The notes under the pieces: model-generated | Databases searched by the model: none | Told to the model about the DNA's origin: nothing | Seen by the model: only the letters and a program-made list of their open reading frames with translations | From: Camelus ferus | Taxonomy: Eukaryota | Assembly (NCBI RefSeq): GCF_009834535.1 | Contig: NC_045697.1 | Coordinates: 46,068,001 to 46,132,000 of the forward strand | Length of the DNA stretch: 64,000 bases | Direction of reading: 5' to 3' | Shown: one piece after another, positions 42,351-54,355 of the stretch | Numbering within the stretch: the stretch's first letter is position 1 | How the letters are laid out: the number at the start of each line of letters is the position of its first letter | Made by a program: the position numbers and the translations under genes

Positions 42351-43049
42351 TTGTGCCTGTTCTTTGTTAGATACCTTTCAAAGTGGATTTTAAAATAAAA
42401 TGTGCCTTAGAACTAACAAATACTGGCCAATGTCTTCTTTAGCTGAATGTATTCTTTGTTGAATTGTTCTCATTTTCTTTCCTATATTTTTCTACAACTC
42501 CCTCCACAAGGCCTTGTCTGCAAAAGTCCTTGTCTCTCATGGTTTCTTCCAAGTGAAGAGGATGAGTATCTTGGGAATAAGTCTGGTTTTCAGAGATCCG
42601 TAGCACACCAAAACACATGCCAGACACATCCTTTTACCCTCCCTGGGATCCAACCTGCTGCCCCTTGCAGGCTAACTCTAGATCTTCCCTTGGGAACACA
42701 GAAGTTATCCTCTGTTGAGGCTGCTTTCTTGGATAAACTACAAGAAGAACAGAATAGAAAGAGTGTTCCTGTAAGGAGAAAGGGGGAAGATTACTAGAAG
42801 TGGGGAATGAGATTTGAAGTCTGGAGCAGGGAAGAGTTGGGTGGGCCAAAATGAGAAGGCCAATGGAAACACTGAAATAGACATAACTCTTGTCGACCTG
42901 AGATCTTGGGAAATTGTCATTTGCCCTAATTGACCTTGCCTTTTGCCACCAAAGACGGTCAGTTGTTGAATAAGAGTGCAACGAACCTTAAAACATAAAA
43001 GTCAAGCCCCCCTAAGGAGAGTGTGGAAGGCCCTAGCATTCGGTGAGGG

Positions 43050-43520
43050 GATGTGGAAAACCCTCTCTGGGGTTCCGTGCTCCAGGTCACCTCGCCACAT
43101 GCGACATAGCCAGCTGGAGCGGCAGAGACCGGAAGACTAGTCGGAGACAGGAGACGGGCGTGGACTCGCTCCCTTTCTGGTGGCAACCAGCCGCCGGCCC
43201 ACCGACCCCCGACCGGAGAAGGTGTCAGATGCCAGCTCCGCTGTGGCGCCGGCGCTCCTCCGGAGCTTGGGAAAGAAGACACGCAATTGACCGTAGGGTC
43301 ATCGGTTTAAAAGACGGATAAAGTTAAGCACACCTGGGAGCCACCAGGCTGACACTATGGGAGCCAGGAGACCCTGCGCAACGCTGTTTTCTGGCCACGT
43401 TTCCGCTCTCCCGAGTCTCTCAGAGGCTCCGACTGTGCTTCTATCTGCTAGACTAACCCCGGCTGGAAGAGCAATCCGGCCCTAAGGAGGAAAAGGCCCG
43501 CAGAGATACCCCCAGTCCCG
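43050..43520. promoter_or_regulatory. CpG-rich patch in FGF5 intron 1
   Basis: Local high GC/CpG within an otherwise very AT-rich intron. Confidence 0.55.
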
Positions 43521-44512
43521 CACACAACCCCAAATCATCTCTCCTCTTTGCAGCCTAGAGAGGCAGTGAGAGGAATCAGAGTGGTGTGGAAACTCAGATG
43601 GGGTAGAAAGGAAGAGGAGATGAGGAAGGAGGGAAAAAGAGGGAGCTAAAGAGAAAACTCAGAAAATTTTAAACTTGGCTTTAAAAAACCTACAAAATTT
43701 TCATCTACAAAATTGAATCGCCTCTGAGTTTCTTCTAAAATAAAGTTGTCCTTGGGGACCAAAGGCCGGCCACTCTTTCTCACAAGGTCTGGTCGTGGTC
43801 TCAAGATATTAAACATTGTTAAACCCAACTCCTGAATTCATAATTCGAATGTCCATCACGTCCTCCCCTCTAAACGTGTCCAGTTTTCTAGATCACGGTC
43901 TTCTTCGAAGCAAGGTATGTCTTGTCTCCCATGTAATACACACATATATAATATAAATATGCAAATATGTACATATTTATAATAGATATACAAGTATATA
44001 TATTATATATAATATTAATTTGGGATTTATGGTAGTGGTTGTGGGGAGGGGAGTATGCGAGGTTTGATTATTCTTAAAAAAAACTATTATTTATGGGCAG
44101 GGAAAGGAGGTGCACATTGATGCTCAGTGTAAGATACTATTCTGGTAAACAGAAGCAGAAAGTAAACAGAAACTAGAAGAGGAGAAAGAAAATTCGTGTT
44201 TTTTCTCCAGGCACAGGCTGGAGCTCCTCTTTGGGACCAGGGCAAACTGGAAGCAAGGTGCCTGTCTGTACCAGCCTCCGGATAGCCTACACCTCAGGAA
44301 TCTCCATTCCTCATAATCACAAGAGGGGTAAGCGTGTGCGCGCCGTGTAGACGGATCTCCACCCAACCTGCCCCGCCGTTTCCAGGGCCGGCTGGATCCC
44401 AGTGGCCGAGGCTCGGAAAGGTGCGCCTGTGGCCCAGGGAATAATCCGCTGTCCCTCCCGAATCTCCTGCCGCCCGCTTAGGACGGGTTTTGTAGGAGAG
44501 CAAGCAACTTAC

Positions 44513-44873
44513 TTAACATATTGGCTTCGTGGGAGCCATTGACTTTGCCATCCGGGTAGATCTGCAGATGGAAACCGATGCCCACTCTGCAGTAGAGGCT
44601 GCCGGTCCGGCGCCCCGAGGGGCTCCACTGGAAACTGGTCTGCTCCAAGCCGCTTCCTTGGCTTCCCAGAGAAGCCGCGGGGGAGGAGGAGGCAGAGGAA
44701 GAAGAGGAAGACGTCGTGCTTCTGCTGCTCCAGCTGCTGCTGGCGCCTCCCGGGTTCCTAGCAGTGGCAGCCTGTCCGGGTTGCCCTTTGGGGACGAGGC
44801 GCTTCTCCCCGCGAGCCCAGGCGCTGAGGATCAGGTGGCTGAGCAAGAGGAGGAGGAGGAAGGACAAGCTCAT
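44513..44873 (-). CDS. FGF5: Fibroblast growth factor 5, coding exon 1 (361 nt; signal peptide, Ser-rich linker, start of FGF core)
   Basis: ATG at 44873 gives [20 protein letters not shown]...[33 protein letters not shown], recognisably FGF5, with N-glycosylation sequon NGS at N112. Ends at donor TAA|GTAAGT (GT at 44512-44511), phase 1. Confidence 0.99.
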
Positions 44874-44986
44874 TCTTCCAGCCGCGGGGGTCCTAAGTGC
44901 ATCTTGTAGGGCTGGTTCTGGGCTCCGCAGCCCCCGCGCGGCTGCGTACCTCTGGCGCTGCCCCCCTCGCCGCACCGAGTGGACAT
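44870..44986 (-). CDS. Upstream ORF (38 aa) in the FGF5 5' UTR, stop overlapping the FGF5 start
   Basis: ATG 44986 (second in-frame ATG 44902) reads [41 protein letters not shown] at 44872-44870 overlaps the main ATG at 44873-44871. Confidence 0.85.
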   Translation of the reverse strand: MSTRCGEGGSARGTQPRGGCGAQNQPYKMHLGPPRLEE

Positions 44987-45062
44987 AGCCTTGGGAAAGA
45001 GACAGGGAGAGGGGGTAGAGAGAGGGAGGCCACCCGAACGGATCTCGGCGCTGGCACTGGGA

Positions 45063-45070
45063 TATTTATA
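45063..45070 (-). promoter_or_regulatory. FGF5: TATA box of FGF5 promoter
   Basis: TATAAATA on the minus strand, an isolated AT patch in GC-rich DNA about 190 nt upstream of the ATG; implies a start site near 45040. Confidence 0.8.
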
Positions 45071-47499
45071 ACGCCAGTGATCTCACTGCTCCTTGCACGC
45101 CTGCGAAGCTTCCCCTCACCCGCCGCTTTGTGTACTCTCCGGCCGGTGCGGGGAGGGAGCCTCGCCGTCCCGGGGGCGGGGGTGTGGAGGAGGGAGGAGA
45201 TGGGAGAGGGCGAGTGGGAGGAGAAGCCGGGCGGAGAGAAGCTGCACCCCGCCGCTGGGCGCGCGCACACCCGGGCCACGCACCCCAGCAGTTCTCACGC
45301 GCCACACGGCCATCCTCCACTCGAGCCAACGCTGCGCGGAATTCAGCTCCGCGCGAGCACTGTGTCCTCCCGGGGCCGCGACGGGAACGGGAGGTTGAGA
45401 CGCGGGAGTGAATCTTGTCCTTTCCCACCTCTGCCGCACGCTTGCGTCCCAGCAAGGCACTCTCGTCTACCTAGGATCCAGCTTCCAGGTTCCCTTCCCT
45501 TTGCTGGGAGGACCAGACTATCACAACACTTGTCCCGGGAATCCCTCGGGAACTGCTCCCGCCGGGGATCCCAACGCTGCTAGTGCTTGCGACCAAGAGC
45601 CAAACAAGTATTCCCAGCCCAACTTGGGAAGGGTTTGGTGTGGCGCGGGGGAGGAGGGGACTGTTTTCGCTGTTGTTACTACTGATTTACTAAAGAGCTA
45701 ATGAATGCATTTACTCAGCGTTTAGAGAGCCACCCTAAGCCATTACGCCTGAGCTTGAGCTGTTTTCCTGTTGTAAACTCTTGGTCACGCTAAACACGAT
45801 GCTGCTGAATTTGTTTTTGCTTCTGGGAAGCTCTCGGTCTGTGTCTGAGAGGGTAAGCGCACACGCACATCACACTGAGAGCTGAGCAAGATAGGCAGGG
45901 TCTGAGCACCCAGCACATGTGACTAACTGTCCAGTTGTCCTCTCTCGCCCCAGGATTCCCTTGGCAGGAAGGATTAGCTAACGGCTCGCTTCAGCTTACT
46001 CAGAGCTGCCATTGACTGAAGGGCCGACCCCAATGAATGATTAATGATGCTCACACTGGATTTCAGGAAACCTGAGAACCGGGAATTTCCATGTATGCCA
46101 TGCCCCTACTGTCATTTATCTGAGAAATATACCTGGCTTACATTCTTGAAATATTTCTGTCTGAAAATATATCTGAAGCTTTAAGCTACACTCTGATACA
46201 CTATTCATTGGTTACTTTAATGAAAAGGCTGTGATTTTGACTGATGAAGTCGATTCACATAAGCCAAGGTTGATGCTAAGTTGTGGCTTTATCCATTACT
46301 GAGTACCCACTTAAGGATTCCTATCTCAATAATGAAAAGCATATAAAACACATATAGGTTTTTCAGGATTGGAAGTCTTTCGTGGCTACATCAAGGCAGC
46401 TTTAAACAGAACGTTACCTGGACAAATTAGCGAAGCCACTAGGGGGAAGGAAGGGCATGTCACACATAGATGTGCATAGCCTGGGCACAGTGCTCCCAAC
46501 ACACTGTGTAGGATGTTTTTCTGGGCTAAACACCTCCTTCTGTTTCCACTGTGCTAAACTCAAGCTCTATGATTCTGGCTTAATTACCGTGGGGTAGATA
46601 GATGCTGACAAGGCAATCTTGAGAGTGGACATTGAGAACAGACAGGTTGCCTCTGAAAACGGTCCACTTGACTGACATTGCCCCTTTCCAGGATGAATGA
46701 TTGTGGGATGCTGGGCCTGGGCACTGTGCCTTCTGCAGGTGATACCCTTGATTCTGTGACAAAGCTGTCAGGGTTTAAGACCTGTTGGTGCTGCTGGATA
46801 CCATCAGTAAGTTCCCCTGCATGTCACACAGTATACCACCCATGCCTCAAGTGGCAAAGATTTTCCAAAGCAAATCCAGCTTGCATCTCCCCCCTTCTCT
46901 TCCCTAGGAGTCTGCTGAAAGGGCAGGAGACTGACTAACCTTAGACGCACTATCAGCCTCCTTCCCAAACTCTGGAGGCCAAAACCACTCAGGCAGAGCC
47001 TCTGAAACTGACATTCTGCCTTTTCTGCTTTCTTTCAGCTTCTCAAGCACCACTCCCAGTGAAACAATCATTCTTGTATCCTTCTCGTTCTCTACAAGAT
47101 TCCAGCTGGGGATTAAACTTTTGTCTAAGGATGACTTAGGAAGGCCAAACCACTTGCTCAGGTTTTAGCTCACCTCAACCTGGAGGGTGTCGAGGTGCAC
47201 TCCGACCTCTCTTGGGTGCAAGGGTGAGACTTTAGGAAAAGCCGAGCGTTCTCCAAGCAGAGAGAAGTGACCAGCTCTTGTGACTGGGTTTAGCAAACCA
47301 CAGATCCTAGGTTTCTTAACTCTCGTGGATGCTCGGGGGCTTAAAATAAGTGCGCGCTTAAAACCAAATTGATCTGGTGTGCATGAGCAAGTAGGGTGGA
47401 TGCCACTAAACTTTTAAAAACCTGTAACAAGAGAGTTGAACATGTATTGGGGTCATTACCAAAAAAAATTTTTTTAAAGACCTCCAAACACTGAACAGT

Positions 47500-48020
47500 A
47501 AAAGAGAGCAGCACTGCGCCTGTCCCGAGAGCTGGACAGCCTAGCCCCTCCCTCCGCAACTTGGCGGAGAGAGGAACCAGTCGCCCTGCGCTCCCGGCTG
47601 CGCCCTCCCTGGCCCGCGCCCTGCCTAACCCACGGCGCAGCAGATCCGCTGAGCCTCTGCCCACAGTAAATCTGCTGTCGGAAAAATTCTCATTTCACCG
47701 TCTCGGCTACTCAAGTTCTATTCCCATAGACTCCACTCTAAAGAGGGTGAGTGCAAGCGTGTACCAAATTTTCTCTGGTTACTTTCCAGATCATCAGAAG
47801 CCCTCTGGCTGGAGACGTTTCCCAGGCCCATTCACAGGCTAAAGAGCCTAGTGAAGGTCGCCAGGGTTAGGAGGACGCGTGCCCGGGGCCGGTGCGCGGT
47901 GCTGGTCAAAACCCCCGCGCTCTCCCAGACGCGGAAGCAAGGTTGCGGAGACGGTGCATGCTCCTGGCTACCTCCAGAGATAAAGCAAACGATCCTCCAA
48001 GGCGAGCTTCCACTCATAGC
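47500..48020. promoter_or_regulatory. CpG-rich patch about 2.5-3 kb upstream of FGF5
   Basis: Local high GC/CpG, no recognisable repeat or protein similarity. Confidence 0.55.
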
Positions 48021-51000
48021 AACCGGATGGAGCACCAAAAAACTAACCAACAGATGAATGGGTTTCACCAATCAACTAGGTGCCAGATCTGGTCAGCAGC
48101 CCTTCGGGTTAACCTTCCTTAGCTTCTCAAGCCCTCCGCCTCACGTTCAGTAGCCCCACCTCCTCAGGCTCACCTTTCCTAGTCCCAGCACCTGAGCTTT
48201 CTTCCCAGGACTCCCATAGTTCAGTGTGAGAAATCAGACGTTGAATTTCTCTTAGGTCTTTTGTAGCTGTAGCTGTGATCCAGTCATTAGCAAAAAGAGT
48301 CGATTCAAAGCAAGATATAATGACTAGTATCCTCAGTCACTGGGCACTCAAAAGTCTAGGAAAAAGAGGTCAGGGCAAAGAAGTCAGTGCCCAAGCTTCC
48401 CTCATCCCAGGAACCAGCTTACTATTTACAACCTTCCTCTGGTTGTAAGCAGAAGTCAGAGTTTGCTGAGACCAGAGGCCAAAGCCTGGTCCTTCCTACA
48501 GTGCATCATGCTGGGATGGAGGAAGGACAAGAGGGAGATAGTGGGATAGGGTGAGCAACCTTTGGCAGGCAAGCCAGAGTCCTGGAAGGCTCTCCAACCC
48601 ACAATTGAGGCTGCCAGGGTGCCCGTGGACCTCACACAGGTTAGTTTCTCCACATCTCCACTGCTAGAGGTACCCACACTCTATGAGGTTTGTCTGGTCT
48701 TAGGTTTGTTATAATGCAAGGCAAAGACTGGTTTTCTTTGCTTGATCCAGGCAGACAAAAGGCCAGAGGATTTCAGAAATGTTTCCTAAGTGAAGGGCTT
48801 GAACCTAGCCCTCCCTGTCCATTCCTGTCGCCCTTCCATACACTTAGAGGCTGTATCCAGACAGCAGCACTACTTTTGGCTAATCAGGTCCCTGGTGACC
48901 CCCACAGTGCCTTCTAGTTCCATAGGTTTTTTAATGGAGGCACAGTTGCATTATGGGAGGAGTAATGAACTGACCCTCTTGGGGAGGGGGAGAGGTCAGT
49001 CCACATTCTTGCCAGGACCCTCTATTTCCTGCAATTGGATATTGTGTACTGAGAAAACTGGGGGCTTGTAGCACTTTGGGACACAGTGAATGGATGTACC
49101 AGAAGCTAAAGCAGAAATAGTCACCAGGTTAGTTGAAAAGCACTAGAGATGAGCTTTCTGAGAAAAAGTAACTGATTTCATTGAGTCAATTCACAAAAGA
49201 CCTCTTTCTACCAGCAAAGGCTGCTTTGCTTTTTCTCTCCACAGATATAGAGGAGAGCAGCTGCCTGTGGCCATTTCAAAACAGCTGCCTCCTCAAAGAG
49301 AAGTAACAGACCCTTGAGAAGAAGGAGGAGATCTAACCTCCGGACCTGCAGAGTGCTTAATCACTCATCAGCACCCCGCCTGTGCGCCCCTAGTCTCCGC
49401 TTCCTTCCAGCACAGCAGCCCTTCCCACCCTTCTCAGCCTGCTCAGTACTCCTCTAGCCACAGGCTATTAGTTCCTGTAGCTGCTGCCAACTTGCCTGGT
49501 GAGAAGCCAAGCCTGGAGGAAATAGATAGCACTAGAAGCCCCTTATCTTATTTAGGGCCAGCCATGGAAGATGGAGGATGCAGTGCCTTGTGCTGGTGAC
49601 AGGGGAGCACAAAAGTCATGGTTTGTGATCATGCCACTGTCCCTTGCCTCCAACAGAGCCCACTTTGCCATTTGTGATGATTTCTGCTCCTGGCACAGTC
49701 TGGAGCTAATAATGTCTAGAGAGGTCGTTCTGAGCATAAGGTAGAGAGGTGTGGTACTTCCAGTCTTAATTCTCCATGAGAAGTGGGTCGGGTGGCAAGA
49801 AGGGTGAGAAATCAGAGACTTTTCTCATCTAAGAGAAAAAGAGGGTGAATTTGAGTTGCTGCTATTGGAACAGCTCTAGCATTCTGCATGCTTGGTTGGT
49901 ATCCAGCGAGACAGGCCATAAGCAAACGGGCACTCATTCAAGAAAAATGAGGGCAGAGGATGAGAGAAAGAAAGCACAGTGTCCTCTTGTAGGACATCCC
50001 TCTTGTGCCAAATGAGGCAGGGGGAAGAGAACAGAAGTGAGATCAAGCCTGGTCCAGGGATAAACAGATAGGAAACTGCTGAAACCGAGGCCACATGGGC
50101 TGCATCCTTTCACCAGCTCCGGCAAAGACCATTTGTTCAGAAAGTAATTTGATCAAAGTTAATTTCTCAGGCTGAGTCTGAGAGCTTGTCCACACAGGCT
50201 AAGTTTTCTTTTTCCCCCATAATAAGATGCTTATTTTTCTTCATTGTTAAAGGGGTAGGAGCCCCAAAACTGGGAAGATGGAACGGTTGGCAGGGAGTAC
50301 ACAGCACTGGAAAGATATCTTCAGCAAGACCAAGTGGATGTTTTGCTTCAGTTTAGTTTTTTCCCACGAAAAGTTCAGGCACCATATTCTAGAGAAATAC
50401 TCTTTGTATACATTTTCTAACATCAGAAACTTTCTAAGAAATCTAAAAAGTTTTTCAGCTTAACCAAAAGCTGTTAAAAAAAAAAAAAAAAGCCAAAAAG
50501 CATCCATTCCTGGGGCCTCTAGAAGAATTATTGGTGAACCAGCCTTTTTTTTTCTTTCAATATTTTTTTTTTAATTGCAAAATAGTTGAAAAATCCTGGA
50601 CCATTCTTTCAGCAATCACAGTATGAAAGTGTTCAATAATCACAGTATGTAACAAAATTGAATTACCCACATGCCACCACCCTCAGCTCCCTTGTAAACA
50701 TATACAAAAATGGCTAAAAGTTGAGCAGAGGGACCTAACAGTTATAACTTACGTTGCATATTGTAATCATAAATATATAATATGAAATCATGTTGGTAAA
50801 GTCCGTGACTTCTGACCTATGTCCTCATCATTGGTCCATACCACCTTCTGCTTCTCATTCCAGTAGTAGCCGGCTCTGATCAGAGCAGCGAGAGGATCCT
50901 TAGCAACTAATGTATGTTCACAGATTTTTATAAAGAGAAGGATTTACCTTATGCAAGCCACTCTGCTATCTGCCCTAGCTCTGAAGCTCCTGTATGCTCC

Positions 51001-51052
51001 CTAAAGGAGGAATTGAAGAGTCTACAGCATGCCACCATCAAGACTTTTCTTG

Positions 51053-51209
51053 GAGGGGGTAGGGGATAGCTTAATGATGGGTGGAGTGCGTGCTTAGCGT
51101 GCACAAGGTCCTGGGTTCAACCCCCAGTACCATCCCCTAAAAAAAAAAATAAAATAAAATAAAGAAAAACCTAATTACCTTCCCTCCAAAAAATCACCAA
51201 GAAAAAAAA
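51053..51209 (+). mobile_element. tRNA-derived SINE, Vic-1-like, apparently full length
   Basis: ggggatagctt...gagtgcgtgcttagcgtgcacaaggtcctgggttcaacccccagtacc, A-rich tract, aacctaattacct, A tail; 13-bp TSD with one mismatch (51040-51052 / 51210-51222). Confidence 0.85.
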
Positions 51210-51477
51210 AAGACTTTGCTTGATTATGAATGAGGCAATTTCCTGCTGGGAGCCCAAGGGGCCCCCAATAGAAACTCTCTGTAGTTTTGAGTTCACTTTT
51301 CTTATCAGAGCATCTGGTCTCTCAAGAAAATCATAAGCCCCTCCAAGGCAGACTCCTTCAGCCTTGTAATCCCCCAAATGCACCATAATATAAATTCTAA
51401 ATGAGGATCTTTATGAGGGATGGTTTCAAAAGATGGCTTAATAATCATTTTAATCTCTCCCCAAAAGAAGTGAGAAC

Positions 51478-51675
51478 TTTACTATATATAAAATAGATAA
51501 ACAAGGTCCTACTGTATAGCACAGGGAACTATATTCAATGTCTTGTAGTAACCTGTAATGAAAAAGAATATGAAAACGAATATACGTATGTGTATGACTG
51601 AATCACTATGCTGCACATCAGAGACTAACTCAACATTGTATATCGACTATACTTCAATAATAATAATAATAAAAA
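51478..51675 (+). mobile_element. 5'-truncated LINE-1 3' end
   Basis: actatatataaaatagataaacaaggtcctactgtatagcacagggaactatattcaa...caacattgta...actatacttcaat plus (AAT)n tail. Confidence 0.85.
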
Positions 51676-53039
51676 GTATATTGCAGTGCTGGAGATTTGT
51701 AGTCTGTCATTTCCTCTACCCAGGGGACAGAGAATTTGGGAGATGGCGAGTGCTTCATGTGCATGTGTTTTCATCGTTTGCATCACCATAGCTCTTAATT
51801 ACAGTAATCATTTTCACAAACTGGCTTTGTTTTCTTCTCTGGCTCCTTGACTTTTGGCAGGCTGCACCAGGCCAACACCTGTTGTCTCCTTATACAGAGA
51901 AACACCTGTCAGTGGAGCCACTAAGTACTAATGTAGAGACTGTAATCTGGGGGCTTGGGAACCTTTGCTATTGTCAGAAAAAAGGAAAGAGCACCTGTGT
52001 AGGGCCCAGGAGAGCTGAATGACAGCTTATTGACTCCTGACAGAAGATGTCGATGAATCCGTTCCCCTTTCTCTACCTACTCCCCAGAAATGCAGCCTGG
52101 GGCCACAACATCTGTTAATGAGCAAATGAATGTGATCAGATTCGAGGAAAATTCCTTTCTAAAGGAGACTGTAGTTAAACAGGTATGAGGGCTTTGAGGC
52201 ATCAAACTCTAAATGGCTTTTACAAATAAATATCCAGTGGATAAAAGTGGAAAAAGGGAAGTAAGAAGAAAAGAGAAAAGATGCAAAGAAATGTTGGGGG
52301 AGCATGAAAAATGGGACCAAGAAGGTTTTTTTCCATATGATAATCTCTTTCAGAAGATCAGCATTTTGAGCGCTCTGGTGGCACTAGGCTGGTTCTAGGT
52401 AGAGATAGGTGTATCCAGCCTAATAGGCTTCAATGGAAAAACTCAGTGTCAATTCCTGAATGTAACGATTATTCTTTAACAGTGTAGATACTTAGATACG
52501 CTTATGTCCACACATGGAGAAGGAAGAGAACAAAATGACAGAAAGTTTTGGGAAGAACAACGAAAGGAGATTAAAAGCCTATGTTTTTCAAAGACAGAGT
52601 TTAGTACCAATATTTATTCTTAGATTTCCTAACCTTTTGTTTCCTAAGTTCAAGATATATAGAAATCCATGCCAGCCCAGAGAAATGCCTTGATCCTACC
52701 TCAGCCTGTGAAGATCACCCACGCAGTTGGGAGTTACAAGGATGGGGATGATACGAGCCTTTCCATTTGTATCTCTTTCCAGTTGGAACTCCTCTCCGCT
52801 GTATTCTGTGGGAGGAGCTGTCAGCCTGAATTCTTCCCCCAGATGGATTTTGCTTCTCTCTTCTGTCCCATTGTCTCTCACAAAACCATTCTCCTTTCTT
52901 TACATTATGACTCTTCCTAGATTTGGGAGCTCTCCTGGCATTGATACAAAGAGAAAGCAGGGTAGGGTCAGACAGTGGATGGATAAAATTGTAGGTAGGA
53001 AGGAGAGCAGGCAGGGGAAATCATGAAAAGAAATTTTAA

Positions 53040-54355
53040 TCTTGGATTCATTCTTGATTTTTCTCTTTTCTGCACTCACTATATGCAATCCAGCAGGAAC
53101 TCCTTTTGGCTTTATCTTCCAAATATAAGCAGAATCCATTCACTTTTCACCATCTCCATTGCAACCACCTAGGTATAAGCCATCATCACCTCCCAAAAGG
53201 CCCTGCTTTTGGCCTTTCCTCCTTTCAATTTTTTTTTAAAGGCAGCATAGTAATCTTTTTTAAAAAGAAAAGACACTCCTATCCTTAAAATTACTGGTCA
53301 CTTCTTGTTTCACACCTAAAATAAAAGCTAAAATCCTCCCAGTGGCTTTCCAGCCCCTAAGTGATCCCCTGGCTTGCTCAGTTCAAGCCATACTGGCTTC
53401 CTGGCAGTTCTCAAAACTCATCAGAAACAGACTCACAGACATAGTAAACAATCTTACGGTCACTGGTGGGGGAAGAGGGTGGGAAGAGATAAATTGGGAG
53501 TTCGAGATTTGCAGATATTAACTACTATATACAAAAATGGATTTAAAAATGTATTTTTTCTGTATAGCACAGGGAACTATGTTTGATGTCTTATAGTAAT
53601 CTATGATGAAAAAGAATATGGAATAGGAATATGTGTATGTATATGTATGACTGAAACATTATGCTGTACACCAGAAATCGACACAATATTGTAAACTGAG
53701 TGTACTTCAATTAAAAAAGAAAAACTCAGCCATGCATTCACCTTAAGATATTCACAAAGGTTACTTTCTCTGTTTGGACTGCTTTCCCCTAATGTATTTG
53801 TCTGACTAATTCTTTACATCCTTCAAGGTTTTGCTCATGTTTTCTTCTCAAATGTCATCTGATCACCCTCCATACTCCCTAATACCCATTCTGCTTTTCT
53901 TTTTAATTTTTTTCCATAGAAGCTGTATATTTAATAAAGAGTTATGTAGCTCTTACTGTCAGCCAGGCATTCTCGCCAGATACTAATTCATCTAATGTAC
54001 ATACCAACTTATGGAGTAGGAACTGTTGTCTATTTTGTAGGTCATAAGAAAACTGGGGCACAGAGAGGGTAAATAACTTACCCAAGTCACCCAGCTAGGA
54101 AGTGGTAGCGCTGAGGCTGGGACTCAGGCTGATTCTAGGAGCAGCACCCTTACAACTGTGCTTTGATGTACTTAGCACTTTCTAATATACTGTAGGATAT
54201 ACATCTATATTGTGTTTGTTGTTTACTGTCTTTGTCCCCTGCTAATATGAAAGTTCCATGATGATGAGGCTCTTTCTTCTGTTCACAGATACCTAGAATG
54301 GGGCTTGATATATACTGTGGGTGCCCAATAAATGCTTGTGGAATGAATAAATAAA
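53040..54355 (+). mobile_element. LINE-2 3' fragment interrupted by L1 and MIR
   Basis: Pyrimidine-rich L2 body ending ...gtgcccaataaatgcttgtggaatgaataaa; antisense MIR-like segment at about 53940-54170. Confidence 0.7.
53421..53720 (+). mobile_element. 5'-truncated LINE-1 3' end nested in L2
   Basis: Same family as 5318; AAAACTCA duplicated at 53413-53420 and 53721-53728. Confidence 0.85.

Larger units (their letters stand above)
44320..45600. promoter_or_regulatory. FGF5: CpG island over FGF5 promoter and exon 1
   Basis: Visibly high GC and dense CpG; GC box GGGGCGGGG near 45173-45181. Edges estimated by eye. Confidence 0.9.

Noticed and set aside
44478..44512. C-terminal [10 protein letters not shown] of the 165-aa ORF as a truncated FGF5
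   Set aside because: Read-through into intron 1 past a consensus GTAAGT donor.
44529..45701. Many overlapping 90-228 aa ORFs on both strands
   Set aside because: Expected from stop-codon scarcity in a CpG island; Arg/Pro/Gly/Ala-rich with no recognisable domain.
46436..46450. CTCF-like GCCACTAGGGGGAAG
   Set aside because: Lacks the conserved C after the G-run; not supportable without binding data.
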